A stretch of 61,722 nucleotides of DNA, the filler included, from Chiloscyllium plagiosum (Eukaryota), in assembly GCF_004010195.1 (NCBI RefSeq). It is 5 parts of one record of this genome, joined end to end, with 100 filler letters (N's around TTAATTAATTAA, not from the genome) between each part and the next. Parts side by side here need not be neighbours in the genome. Positions count along the whole stretch, not along the records: positions 1 to 6,561 come from NC_057717.1; positions 6,662 to 27,687 come from NC_057717.1; 3 more parts are not named here. One strand, written 5' to 3'. Below, one piece after another: positions 1-12,135 of the stretch (its first letter is position 1; each line of letters begins with the position of its first letter). Position numbers and translations under genes: made by a program. A model generated the notes under the pieces. The model saw only the letters and a list, made by a program, of their open reading frames with translations, did not search any database and was not told the DNA's origin.

Positions 1-229
1 CAGCGTAAGCCGTGCAGCACCAATATCCTGTTGCACAGCAACAGGATCAGTCCATTCAGCCTCCGCAAGTCTGTAATACAGTAACTGGAAGAGGTCACAG
101 TGACTGGAGATTGGTACACTGGCATAACAGGAGACTATTCTTCACCACTGAGCATGTTGCACAGGAATTGGATAAGGGCACATGCTATCTGGGGCAAGAG
201 GAGATCATTCAAACATGCATCAATTGCAT

Positions 230-1480
230 TGGAACAGAAGAAGACCAATCACTCCCTTGCTCCCATTTCAGGGATATTGGAAAATGCCGTTCAGAATCAC
301 GTCAATCGTTCGTGAATTGTTTGCTTGTGTTAGTTTAGTATGTCATAAATATGGTGGATGATGGGAATTCTTGTGACATAATCTATCTGATCTTCTAGAA
401 GGCATTGGATATGGTGCTTCTCAAAAGATTCAGCAGTAAGATCAGATGATTTAGGAGTAATTGATGAGCTTGGATAAAGGATTGGTGAATCAGCAAAATA
501 CAGTGAGGTGAAATACTTTTGGCACTTCCTGTTGATAAAGTGCAACTTGTGAGGTACCAAAGAGTTCAGTCCTCAGGCCTCAAGTATGAACAATTTACAT
601 TAATACTCGGTTGACGGGATAGAAAATACGATCGCCATTTTGCAGATGAGAGGCAAATCGGTGCAAAATTACTTTGCATTGAAGATGTAAGAGAATTTCA
701 AACGGATATGGATAGCTTCGATGAATTGGCTAACATTTGGCCACTAAAGTGAATATGGATAATCAGGGGGTTATTCAATTTGGCAAGCATAATAGAAAGG
801 CAAACTTTGATCTGAATGGCGAGAAAATTTAGAGTACTTAGTTGCCGAGGGATGTGGGTGTCCACGTGCCTATCCAGGTAACTCACATGCAAGTACGGCA
901 GGTACTGAGAAAGGCTTATTTATAAAAATAAAGCATAAAGGTAAGGAGTGTGCTATAGCTTTGCAAGGCATACGTGAGACAGCAACTGAAATACAGTTAG
1001 GGTGCACTAACTTGAGGAAGGATGTATTTGCGTGGCAGGCATTCAGACCTGGTTCAGTAAATTGATCCCAGAGATGCGGAGTTTCTCTTCTGATGAGAGA
1101 TTATGCAGTTCAGGCCTCTACTCTCTGGAGTATCGAAGAATGCGATGAGATCTCAACGAGGCCTGCGAGATGCTGACGTTGATTGACATTGTAGTTGTGG
1201 AGTGATTATTTCATCTCATGAAGGGATCTAGAACAATAGACCAGATATTTAGGACAGGAAAATCAGAGTTAAAACAAGGTGAGGAGGGATGACCTCTCTC
1301 AAATGGTTGTAAATCTGTGTAAGAGTGCAGTAGATGCTGGGACAGTGAATAAATGAAGGTATATGGAGAGTGGGCAGGAAAATGGAACTGAGGCCGAGAT
1401 GACATCAGCCATGATTCAACTAAATGGCGGAGCAGGCTCCAGGGGCTGAATTGCCAACTGACGCCCCTTGTTCTTATTCA
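230..1480 (+). mobile_element. Highly degenerate CR1-clade LINE (RT region to 3' end)
   Basis: Decayed remnants of the DFQKAFD-type RT motif (~380-420) and a CR1-type 3' tail (gagcaggctccaggggctgaat...) near 1430-1480. No intact ORF. Confidence 0.6.
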
Positions 1481-1849
1481 GCCCTTTGAATGTGCTACAG
1501 AGAAATGGGGGACGGCTGGTTTTCGAACAAGAAACAGATGGCCGAGATTAATCAGTCTTAATCAGTTTGAAAGACGTAACAAGTGGATACACACACAGAC
1601 CAGTGCAGTGTCCGTAGCTATTTAACATCTATATCAGTGATCAGGTTGGAACAGATGCGTTTAGTTATGACTGAGAGAAGCAAAACATTAAATTAGCAAG
1701 AGACAGTGGAGAGTCTGCAAATCGATATTGACAGATAAAGGCAATGATAATAGCTTGAAAGTTGGAACACAACATGATATATAAATGGTCATTCTTTGTT
1801 TTTTTCAGGAAGAACTGAAGACAGCATGTTACTGACACAGAGAAAGACG

Positions 1850-2280
1850 ACTGGACTTTGTCATTCATTGGAGTTTAGAAGATTAAGGGGGGATCTAATA
1901 GAAACTTCCAAGATAATACATGGCTTGGAGAGGGTGGACGCAAGGAAATTGTTTCCGTTAGGCGAGGATACTCGGACCCGTGGACACAGCCTTAGAATTA
2001 GAGGGGGTAAATTCAGAACAGAAATGCGGAGACATTTCTTCAGCCAGAGAGTGGTGGGCCTGTGGAATTCATTGCCACAGAGTGCAGTGTAGGCTGGGAC
2101 GCTAAATGTCTTCAAGGCAGAAATTGATAAATTCTTGATGTCACAAGGAATTAAGGGCTACGGGGAGAATGCAGGTAATTGGAGTTAAAATGCCCATCAG
2201 CCATGATTGAATGGCGGAGTGGACTCGATTAGCCGAATGGCCTTACTTCCGCTCCTATATCTTATGGTCTTTTGGTCTTA
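1850..2280 (+). mobile_element. CR1/HER1-type LINE 3' end
   Basis: ORF 1796-2092 encodes [14 protein letters not shown]...TRTRGHSLRIRGGKFRTEMRRHFFSQRVVGLWNSLP, the canonical CR1 ORF2 C-terminus, followed by a 3' UTR. Confidence 0.9.
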
Positions 2281-2399
2281 TTCTATATGCCTTCTTGACT
2301 ACAAGATACTGTTGTACGTTCAGGTAAACTTCTTTGTTGTCTATTACACCTTCAATTGCATTGTCTGTATATTTATTAACTTTTCCTCATATGTTCACA

Positions 2400-2495
2400 T
2401 CCAATTTACTTACGTAATTGACGAAAAGTAGGGGACCCAGCATCATTCATTGTTGCACACCACTGGTCACAGGCCTCCAGTCTGAAAAACATTCC
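2400..2495 (-). mobile_element. CR1 RT fragment
   Basis: Reverse strand reads ttcagactggaggcctgtgaccagtggtgtgc..., the WRPVTSGVPQGS region of CR1 RT. Confidence 0.7.
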
Positions 2496-2499
2496 TTGA

Positions 2500-3230
2500 A
2501 CAAAGAACTGGTAACAGAGCGGTGTCACCTCCTTCAACACGACCTGCAGCTTCGTGGGAGGACGGTGCTCTTCACATTGTCGTCCATCTTCTATGATTTG
2601 GAACCTTCCAGACATGAAGGTTCCAAATCATATATCAGTCATCTCCCATTATGTCGACATTAGTGTCATCATTTCTGATAGAGAATATAAATGTTGCATG
2701 AGGTGAATACAATATTTCCCCCCTCAGTAGGAGCTGCCGTGTGTATCCTTGTTTTCCCAGTGTAGGGGATTTCTCGCTGACATCCATAGTTCTGTAGGGT
2801 CCCCATTGCAATTGGGAGAGGTAGAGGAACCAAAGGAAATCTCAGTCTATTAATGTTACAGGGTTCCCATGCACAGTACATCATGGTGGTGCATACACCT
2901 GGAACTGGTAGCAGCCACAACCTCTTCATTGAAAAGCAACCATCCATTACCATCTTCATCGGGTGTCCACGTAGGAAGAAAGGATGGCGTCTCTGATGAA
3001 GGCCATTGCCTTGGTATAATGTATCAAAATATCCGCCCACTCACCTCTCCCCATCGCCAAACAAACAAATTCAAGTATCTCATATGCACTGAAAGGAACG
3101 CAGCCACTGGGAACATCAGGAGATGGCGTAACCCTTCCAATGTTTGAACGCGTCTGTGTGAACCGTGCAGTGAATGGAGAATTGCTGCCACTACTCCAAT
3201 TGTTGTTCTCTCAATCCACCTCTCCAGGTT
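2500..3230 (+). mobile_element. Degenerate PIF/Harbinger (HARBI1-like) transposase remnant
   Basis: Frameshifted motifs in the correct order: F-Y..G.FQ (~2590), FP.V.G..D..H (~2750), NQRKSQSINV (~2828, cf. NRKGFHSINVQ), GSSHNLFI (~2907, cf. PGSSHDSFI), GW...D.G (~2982), CC.LN (~3200, cf. CCxLHN). Confidence 0.7.
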
Positions 3231-3889
3231 GTCACAAAGGTGGAGGACTACCTCTCTCAGCAAGTCATCATCGTTACAATGATACGGAGGTAGACCGCTT
3301 TGCTCCTCGAAGGAGTATTTTTAAACGAAGTAATTCAGTGCGTTACTAACATTACAAAGACCAGCAGGAGGCCATTCAACCCGTCTGAACTGCTAAATAG
3401 GAAGCAGTCACGAGCAGGCAATTATGAGTAGAGATAAACGTTTATTGTCATTTTGCAAATCTGTAACTTGTGCTACAGAGCTCACCATGGAGTCATCAGT
3501 GATCCATAATCTGTATCAGATTTCTGAATGAAGGGTTTGAAAGCATCGAAGCTCAATTAGCTCGTCTCTAAAGACGATTATTTCACATGTTGTCATATAG
3601 AGAAAGTGAGTGAGCAAAGTGACATAACAGGGAAGATTAGTGAGCAAACCTTCAGTCGAAATAACATAAAGTAAATTGTAAATTTTGGCAGGAAGGTTAA
3701 GACAATGCGAATTTATGTAAATGGAGCGAGATTGCAAAACTCTGATACAAACAGTTTCATTGTTTCTGCTATATGATTTGTATGAGATCAGTCTGCAGAT
3801 GCAGCATCCGATTTGGAAGCTACTTGGAATGATGCTGTGACTGGCAAATAGTGTCAGGTTTAATCGTAGTTTTTTTTTAATGCATCTCT

Positions 3890-4100
3890 AGAGGGAGAAA
3901 GTGGGGACTGCAGATGCTGTAGATCAATTTCGCAAAGTGTGGTACAGAAACAGCACAGTAGGTCAGGGAGCGTCCGAGGAACAGGACAGTCACCGTTCCC
4001 AGCACAATACTTCATCAGAAACATGCCCAGAAGGATGACTCTATTGTTCCTCAGATACTGGCTGACCTGTTGTGCTTTCCCTGCTCTAGATTCCGTGCAT
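3890..4100. mobile_element. Penelope-like element terminal fragments (head-to-head pair, degenerate)
   Basis: ggagaaagtggggactgcagatgctg... followed by a reverse-oriented copy; same family as 4901 and 51152. Confidence 0.6.
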
Positions 4101-4739
4101 CTGTCCAGGGCATTTTTTCACACCACATCTCTCACACTGTTGGCAGTTTTGATTCCCTAAAGAAGAAGATACAATTGCTTTCGAACATCTTCAAATATTC
4201 CTTCATTACGCGTTCTTATAAGGAATGCCTTTCCTTGCAAGGCGTTATCAGTTTATATGTTTGGTGAGAAATCTTATTGAACCATACACGATTTTCAGAA
4301 ACGTGTATCAGCTGGATACTTGTTTTGTGTTGCCAGGGAGAATAAAACGAGTGAATAAATTTTAAGACTAAGTTCTATCGATTTTAACACCATTCAAAAT
4401 AACGTTTAAAATTTACACATTCAGCTTTGGATATGTGAGCGTGGCTGAGGGAAATAAAGTTGGAGTTGATAGATCGATTGTGTGCAATCTTCAAATCTGC
4501 CTTGGATGAGGAAATAATGTCAGATGATTGTCGGAACATAAACCTGCTTCTCTGTTTATAAATGAATACATGCAGCCTGGAACGATTGATCAGGCTTTAC
4601 GTGAACACAACTTTTATCGTCTGTAATGCAATGGAAAATATGTCTCAGCTACCATGGATTTAAAGTAGACAAATTCCATGCAGCGAGCCTGCAGGATTCT
4701 TAACGGGGGGATTGGAGGCAGGGGAAGGGAGGAGCAGCC

Positions 4740-6561
4740 AGAGTAATGGTGCACATCCATACTAATGACAAAGGTATGGAAAGGGAGGAGGACCTGAAAA
4801 GAGAGCATAGGGACTAAAGTGTGAAGCCAGAAAGCCGAAGGAGCACAGTAGTATTCTCAGGATTGCCAATGGTGCCAACAGCCAGTGAGGCTTGGAACAG
4901 AGAGAGGGGAAAGTGAGTTCTGCAGATGCTGGAGATCAGAGATGGAAATGTGTTGCTGGAAAAGCGCAGCAGGCCAGGCAGCATCCAGGGAACAGGAGAA
5001 TCGACGTTTCGGGAACCAGCCCTTCCTCAGGAAGGGTGCAGAGCGAGCGTGCAGATGAACACATGCTGCAGGGCTAGTGTAAGAGGTGAACTTTGGGATA
5101 CAATCCGGAGAAGCTGAGACCAGTACAAGAAGGACTAGTGACACTTGAACTGGAGGGGCATCAATATCTTGGGAGGGAGATTTGCTAAAGCTCTTCAGGA
5201 GTGTTCAATTGGCATGGGGACAAGAACTAGAGCTATGGATCAGATGATGGAGTAGGGTGTGAACAGCCAGATACAGCGTGCAGAAAGGACTTATGGGCAA
5301 TTGATAGAGCAAAGTTGCAGTTAGTGCGATGGGTTGAAATGTGTCTGTTCTAATGCAAGCAGAATCAGGAATAAATGTGACAAACTCAGTGCATTGAATA
5401 ATTAGAATTCAGATGTTGTGGCCATTACGGATTTTTGAATAACGCGGGGGAAGGAAAGTTTGTTGGATGTTCCAGTGTTTAGATGCTGCAAAAGGAATAG
5501 GGAAGGGGTATAAAAGTGTTGGGAAGTGTCATTGCTCATCAGGGATACCATCACAGCGCAGATAGGGAGATCGTCAAGGAGGGTTTGACTACAGACTCAG
5601 TATGGTTGGAAGTCAGAAACAGGAAAGGGGCAGTCACTTTATTATGAGTTTGCTACAGGGCCCACAATAGCAACAGAGACATAGAGGAGCAATTTGGAAG
5701 GCTGATTTTGGAAATGTGCAGAGTTAGTGGGTTGCTGTCGTGGGTGATGTTACCATCCCTAATTTTTATTGGAACATAAAGAGTTAGCTTCACTTTTTTG
5801 AGGGCAGCATGAAACAGACTGATATTTCAGAAGAGGTGCATGTTAAAAAAGGAGGGTGTGCTGAAAAGTTTGAAAAAATTCAGAACAGGAAAATCCCCAG
5901 CCGAGACGGGATACATCCTAGGTTACTGGAAGAACCTACTGAAGAGATTGCTGCGCCTTTGTGAAGATCTTTGATGTTCTCACTGTCCATTGGAGGAGCA
6001 CCAAATAAAATGTGCATGGCAAATGGTTTGAGTTGTTAAGAAGGAGCATTGTATGTTGGCTTTTTTTTGAGGAAGATTGATTTTAAGAACCGCGAGGTAA
6101 TGCTCAGGCTCCGTGTCACCCTGCTTATACTACAATTGGAATATGGTGTTCAGTTCTACTCGTCTCATAATAATATGGCATCCTTAGAGTACGTGCAAAG
6201 GACATTAAACAGGATGCTATCTGGACCAGAGGGCATGTCTTCGGAAGAAAGGCAGAGGGAACTATGTTTTTTTTTTTAATGGAGAAAAGTAGGGTGAGAG
6301 ATAACTTGACAGAGATATACAAGACAATGAGAGGCACGATAGATTAACTGATCAAGGAATTTTTCCTATGACGGAAATGGCTATATTAATGGGACATAAT
6401 TTGTAGGTCATTGGTGGAAGGTTCGAAGGAGATGAAAGAGGAACCTTCATTACACAGAGAGTCGTGGTTGTGTGGAATGTGTAGACACAAATAAATTAGG
6501 GACATTCAAGTGACTCTTGCATATACACTTGGAAGGTTCGTCTGATCTATGAGTAGGATAA
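4740..6561 (+). mobile_element. Degenerate CR1 LINE (ORF1 remnant, endonuclease, RT, 3' end) with internal deletions
   Basis: Endonuclease-start motifs (C..NA.. / DVVAIT) at ~5340-5430. ORF 6049-6279 (IDFKNREVMLRL..LEYGVQF) and the CR1 3' region run to the contig end. Confidence 0.75.
4903..5035 (-). mobile_element. Penelope-like terminal fragment inserted in CR1; carries a hammerhead motif
   Basis: Near-identical to the 51152-51277 end sequence. Minus strand 5030-5003 = CTGAGGA-A-GGG-CTGGTT-CCC-GAAA-CG-TC. Confidence 0.75.
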
Positions 6562-6661
6562 NNNNNNNNNNNNNNNNNNNNNNNNNNNNNNNNNNNNNNN
6601 NNNNNTTAATTAATTAANNNNNNNNNNNNNNNNNNNNNNNNNNNNNNNNNNNNNNNNNNNN
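6562..6661. other. Artificial contig-join linker (44N + TTAATTAATTAA + 44N)
   Basis: Identical 100-nt structure occurs four times; the 12-mer encodes stops in all six frames. Confidence 0.95.
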
Positions 6662-6812
6662 ATTGTACCCAGGGATGTGTAGGTTAGGTGGGTTAGTCAT
6701 CTTAAAAGCTGGGTAACGTGGAGGAGGACAGGGCTGTCTGGGATGCTTTTCAGTGGGTCAGTGTGGACTCGACGGGCAGAATATCGTGCTTCAACATTGT
6801 CGATGTTCTACG
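6662..6812 (+). mobile_element. HE1-like SINE, 3' part
   Basis: gatgtgtaggttaggtgg...gggtcagtgtggactcgacgggc matches the 3' half of the SINEs at 51999 and 52826. Confidence 0.7.
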
Positions 6813-8559
6813 AAAATGACGCAAGGGTGGACTATGCGAACTCCCAGTGTGTATTTACCTGATCCACTGTCCTCAAGGTTTTGTGTGTTTAAATCAAATC
6901 ATGTCTCATTGCAAGAGTAACCTGTTAAAGCCTCCATTGTATTAGCTCTTCATCGCAGTGAAGTGAAATATCTCTGAACTGCTTCCAATGTAAATATATC
7001 CTTTCTAAGGTAACGACCCCAAAAAAAATCTGACACGCAGATATGACGTTAATTTTGTTTTTGATTATTTGTTAAATTTTTTGCAGATAATTGGAGGCAG
7101 AGACATTGCCTTTTTTGAGACACAGAACGCAAGGTTCATAAATAACGACGGAATGGGCAGAAATGTACAGTGTGAGGGTAATGCTGACAGTGGTACAAAA
7201 TAACACTGCTCCACAACATCCAGGAATATAAGGCAAAACGAAATGATGACGTGGATAACATTTTTAAATGTTAACAGTGATAGAATACAGTTCCAAAGGA
7301 CCATGAGGCTGCTCTGTCAATAGAGAGAGAGAGACCACTCGTGATGGTTTACGCTGAGTGTTACCACACCTCGGGTGATGGGATAGGGTTGAGAGAGCGT
7401 CCCCTTCATGGCATAATTCAGAGAACGGTCAAGATAAGGGCTGAGGATAAAAATGTTCTTTGCTATGATTTGTATGTTATAATGAGTAAAGTGTTTAGAA
7501 GCTGTCTTTAGCTGAATACAATAAAATGATACAAGTGAAATAACCAGAATTATTAATTGTAATTTGATATTGATAACCATAAAAGAAGAGTATATTTTTG
7601 ATTCTGTGTAAAATGTGCTTACCAATACATAGACGTATAAAGCTGGTGGAATATATTGTTAGGAGAGTCCGTCCCCCATGGGAAACGGCCTCGAACAGGT
7701 GCTTGAAGAAAGCCGGGGTAAAAGTTCTTGAGTGTCGTCTGGTCAGTGACATAAACCCAAGGGGTTGAATGTCTGAAGCTCCTCTAAGATGGAGCTCAGG
7801 GCACAACCAGTTCACCCCCGATCTTATACTAGAGCACGTTTAAATGGTTGAATGGTCTCATGATGGAGTTGAATAGTATATAATTTTGAAAACATACATC
7901 TCTACTCCTACCCCTTACGTATTACATACTGGGGCACTGACATTTTTTCTGAAAATTGGAATTACTTGGAACGTTTTCTGGAACATTCCATAATTAGCAA
8001 TCTTCAGAACATTCTATCACCGTGTGGGGGCATTGCAAAGGTGAGGGGGGAGAGAGAGACAGAGAGTGCTGCATGCAGTAGAGGGAGCAACATTGAATTA
8101 GAGAGACACCATGGGGTGGGGCGGGTAGTTAATGAGGTGAGTTCCATAAGATAGCACCAGGAAACTAACTCAGCCTCGTACAGACAATCACTCTGTCGCA
8201 CTCAATGAAAATGTCACTGAGACAAACTATTGTTCAATTCAGCCCAATGGGTCATACACTCTGCTGACCTGACTCCCAGTTACAAAGCTGCAGAACAAAT
8301 GCTTATCCAAAAATCTCCATCATCTGAACTGACACCAATGTCCCATTCACCCATCATTTCTGACATTACTGGCTCGTGTGGTAGGATGCTCTCGAAATAT
8401 CTTCATTTCAGCATTCTGAAACCTGTGATCTTCCATGAAGTTGTCTCTCAGTCTCTCTTTCTCTTTTTCACAAAAGACTTTAGTTTGTAGGTATTTTAAT
8501 TGATTCGTCTGTCATCACTCTCTGCCAGTGATTTACACACCCACAACACCCCTTGTCAT

Positions 8560-9000
8560 TGCACAAAGGAGGTATGGAGCTGTAAATGGACGGGAGCTGC
8601 ATATCCTATCACTTCCAGCATGGGCTGCTAGCTTCTCCATACTGGGCAGGGATCTAAAACAGTGATACTGAACAATGCACTGCGGTGGTGCACACAGCTC
8701 TACATGGTGGGAGGGTAACAGATGAATTAACTGCTATTCACAATACAGCTCCCCACACTGAACATGATACCTTGTCCGCGTTTTTCAGGAAGACTCTGGG
8801 GTGGGCTACATATCACCCATGCTGGACAGACCATTTTGTCCAGGCTTCTTAATCAATGTGCCAGTGTGGTCTGTACTACTCCCCATGTTGGACAGATAAC
8901 TAGTGGATTACTGAGAGCTGCACAGTATTCCATCCTGGACAGATTGCTGAAATGTAAAGAACCTGGTCTGCACAGTACTCGATGATGCTCAGATATCTCA
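8560..9000. repeat. Degenerate minisatellite-like tract
   Basis: Recurring motif (c/t)cca(t/c)(g/a/c)(c/t)tg(g/a)(a/g)ca at roughly 60-65 nt spacing (8637, 8753, 8817, 8883, 8929). Confidence 0.4.
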
Positions 9001-9174
9001 TCTGGTCTTATATGCATCTGGGCTGGAACTGTGGTGTGGATTGTGTATCTGATATAATTCCTGATAGAGTTATCACTCATCCAGCATCGCGCATTCCGCT
9101 GTCAGACCCCGTTTTCCTGAAACTTATTGTCCACTAAATAATTATCCAATTAAAACAGGAATATCTGTCCTTCG

Positions 9175-9640
9175 TGTTATGGACCAGAACAGACCCCTCT
9201 CATAATATATGACGAAGGTCGTCTCGACCCGAACGTTTTCTTATCTTAAAAGTAATTGTGAGGTGCTGTGTTTCAGGTGCAATTCATTTGGTCAAAATAT
9301 TTGACATTAAGCAAAACGCAATTTATTCAAATACTGTAGACAAAAAAAAAGAGGAACTTGGAATAACTTAATTTATTGGAACACTTAACATATTAATAGG
9401 CTATTTAGTTACTAAACAGTAACTGCTCCAAAATGGTAACATCCTAGAAACGCACACTTGTCCAAAAAACAATTGAGGAAACATATTTTCTGACATGCAG
9501 TTCTCCAGAAATCTCAGAGTGTGCAGCAGTTGGGAGAGGTTTTCTTCCTACCACCCCTGCTAATACCCAAGCAATAACTGGTGAAAGGTAAAACTAAAAA
9601 ACCTAGTTCAGTGAGAGTTTGACTATCACTCTACAGGACC
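9175..9640 (-). mobile_element. LTR fragment, same family as 58225-58960
   Basis: Begins tgttatggaccaga, as at 58225, and shares the tgtgaggtgctgtgt block. Right boundary uncertain. Confidence 0.65.
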
Positions 9641-9999
9641 AGGTCTCGGCTGCAAGGACAACAAGGGATGGACTGTATCTACACCGTCTATACAGCTGTA
9701 GTAGGTCTCTCAAAAATGCCTAACCCCATATAAGCCATGCAATGTCGGTAACATAAAAGTTAAATAGAAATAAATAAAGCCAAAGGATGCAGCAGTCTGG
9801 TAACCAGACGCAGCCTCAGGAGCCCAGTAATTCCGGCCCTGCCAAAAGAGAGGAGAATCACGGAGCTAGTGAAGAGAAAGCATCATCTCTCTGCCTCACC
9901 TCTAACTTTACGATTCGTGACGTGCCATTAGCCCGACAGTCAGCGATGTCAACATCTCAGGAAGACCAATTATTATTGCCATTTGTCATGGTTGTTGTG

Positions 10000-10120
10000 A
10001 AAGGGGTTAAATTGAGCTGTTTTTTCGGTGAGTGTGATTGCTGTCAGTCTCCATGGATCCTAACTGTGTCCCTGAAGGCTTTCCTCTTCTATTAATAAGG
10101 GGCTTCCTTCAACCTGTTAT
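10000..10120 (+). promoter_or_regulatory. Putative core promoter of GPR139-like copy A (TATA-like tattaataa 10090-10098)
   Basis: Non-coding block gtcagtctcc...cctaa.tgtgtc.ctg.aggcttt.ctcttctattaa is conserved upstream of all three exon-1 copies. Confidence 0.5.
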
Positions 10121-10226
10121 CACATAGTATCAGCGGCATTGTCATCCTCAAGATGATTGGGATCAGCAGCTACAGGGAGAGGGAAAGGAAGACAATCTTA
10201 GAACAATAGACTGGAATGTTTCTACA

Positions 10227-10401
10227 ATGGATCAGAATCTGAATGTTTTAGACTGGAATATTCCAACAATGGACAGGAGTTTATCTTTTGGTCTTTACTG
10301 GCTTTCTCAGGATTGGGCATGGATAGAGTTGCGGATAGAAGCCGTACTCTTGATTATTCAAGCTGGGTATTATCCCATCCTCGCTATTATTGGTGTTCCT
10401 G
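10227..10401 (+). CDS. GPR139-like: First coding exon of a GPR139/GPR142-like class A GPCR (copy A): N-terminus to mid-TM1
   Basis: MDQNLNVLDWNIPTMDRS...IQAGYYPILAIIGVP resembles the GPR139 TM1 start (YYSLLLCLGLP). ATG in acaATGg context. Ends at a phase-1 donor CCTG|GTAAG, the intron position I recall for GPR139. Exon 2 not found in window. Confidence 0.8.
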
Positions 10402-10839
10402 GTAAGCCAATTTCTGCCATTCTATAAATGATGGTGAAGGTTATTGCTATTTCGATTATTTATATATTAACAATGCATAAACTGTTATCTTCAGTTTCAG
10501 TCACAAACTCCACTTCATGTACATCAATATCAGACTCCTCACTCATAAACATCTCAGAAGGAACAAGACTGTTCAGACCGTTGAGTCTCCCTTTTGCCCT
10601 GAACTGTTTTATGACTCTGTATTCTCTCTGTCATCAAACCTGCCTACTCCTACCTTTATAATATCCCCAGTCTCCAACTCTACCTCAGTGCTGTTGCTGA
10701 ATTAGCCATCATCTGCCTCCTTCATAACTTCATATTTGCGGCTCCAGTCCTTTTCTGACCACTCTTCAAGTAACAAATATTTTGACCACAAACTTTTTCT
10801 TGTCTCTCCAGTTATCTCCTAATAGGGACCTCATATCAG

Positions 10840-11165
10840 AGTAATAATGTCACTGGCCATGTAATTCAGATGCAATTTACAGGCACAAGTTATGACTTTA
10901 AAAGCATTGTTTCAAATCCTACCACAGCCGATGTTAGAACTTAAATTTGAATGACAACAATTGGAATGACACCTCATTTTACAAACAGCAACCATAAACA
11001 ATCAGGATTTCTTATGATTTCACTGATGGCCTTTGGTACAGAAACTATGTGTGACAAAAAAGATCAGCTCCATATTGTCTTAACAAATGGTCTCGCAGTG
11101 AACAACAGTTAGTGATGGATGACAAATGCTGCCCTTGCCAGTGATGCTAGCATTGTGTGAAGCAA
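10840..11165 (+). mobile_element. Degenerate tRNA-derived SINE
   Basis: A/B-box-like start (gtaataatgtcactgg...ttcaaatcctaccac) and 3' gatgga..acaaatgctg.ccttgccag tail. A related reverse copy lies at ~28720-29030. Confidence 0.55.
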
Positions 11166-11789
11166 CAGCATTAAAGGTGAAATAAACCAATGAACTGTAA
11201 ATGATGGAGATCTGAAATAAAATTCTCCAGTGTCTGAAAACGTTGGAGAATCTCAGCAAGTATGGCAGTGTCTGTCAGGAGAAAAACAGATAAAGAGAGA
11301 GCGAGAGAGAAATGAAAAGTGAACAAAGGGACTGCTGATGATGAACCAGAAGGAAAATAAAATGGGAGCTTATTCTCAGATTTCCCCTTTTCACAAATTC
11401 CTGAATATCATGTTAATTTTGATGTGTCCCTGTTTAAATTGAGTTATATTCCCTCTGCCCTTCTTCTGTAAGTGTGGTGATATACTCCATCTGCAATACA
11501 AGTGCTGCCATTATAGTTGCTGAGATACAGAGAAAGGTAATGTTACATTGTCGCCTGCTTCTTTGGAGAGAAGAACTGTGAGTGTGGGACTGTGGAGAGA
11601 TGTTTTGGCTTTTTTCGCTCAGAAGAGAAACATTTTCAGCACTAAATGGGTGCACCGTGTGTGTGAGGATTTGACTTGCTACTGTCATTACAGAGTAAAG
11701 AGAGGTTCTATGGACGCTCTTTTCGTGTTTGTGTTATCAGCTGCTGCGTCCATTCAGAGAGACCCAAACATATGGTGATCCCCTAAACA

Positions 11790-12135
11790 TCATGGCATAG
11801 AGAGAGAACACAGGGGGCCAACACCTTCAACATATTGTCTAGCTATCAACATAGTTAACAGCTAACCAGACAATGCAACTTTTTAAAAAAATGTTTTGTG
11901 ATTTACGCATGAAAGAAGTGAAACTATCACGGTATTCTAACAGATGAAAGGCTTAACAGACAGTCAAGTTTTCAATGTATTATTTTAGTTACATCACACT
12001 GGACATTATTGATAAAAGTCCAGTGTTAGAATTAAGCCCCTCCACTACAACCTGATGAAGGAGCGATGCTCCGAAAGTTAGTGTGCTTCCAATTAAAGCT
12101 GTTGGACTATAACCTGGTGTTGTGTGATTTTTCAC
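11790..12135 (+). mobile_element. Penelope-like terminal region with hammerhead motif
   Basis: Reverse-complement match to 56360-56720. 12052-12080 = CTGATGA-A-GGAGC-GAT-GCTCC-GAAA-GT-TA. Confidence 0.75.

Noticed and set aside
2669..3263. Minus-strand ORFs as a possible endogenous viral element
   Set aside because: The plus strand carries ordered Harbinger transposase motifs; these ORFs are antisense noise.
7655..7830. GC-richer island starting TGTTAG, possible LTR piece
   Set aside because: No second copy, terminal CA or TSD identifiable; insufficient support.
9787..10095. 102-aa ORF upstream of copy A
   Set aside because: Runs through the putative promoter, is not conserved as an ORF in copies B/C, and has no recognisable homology.
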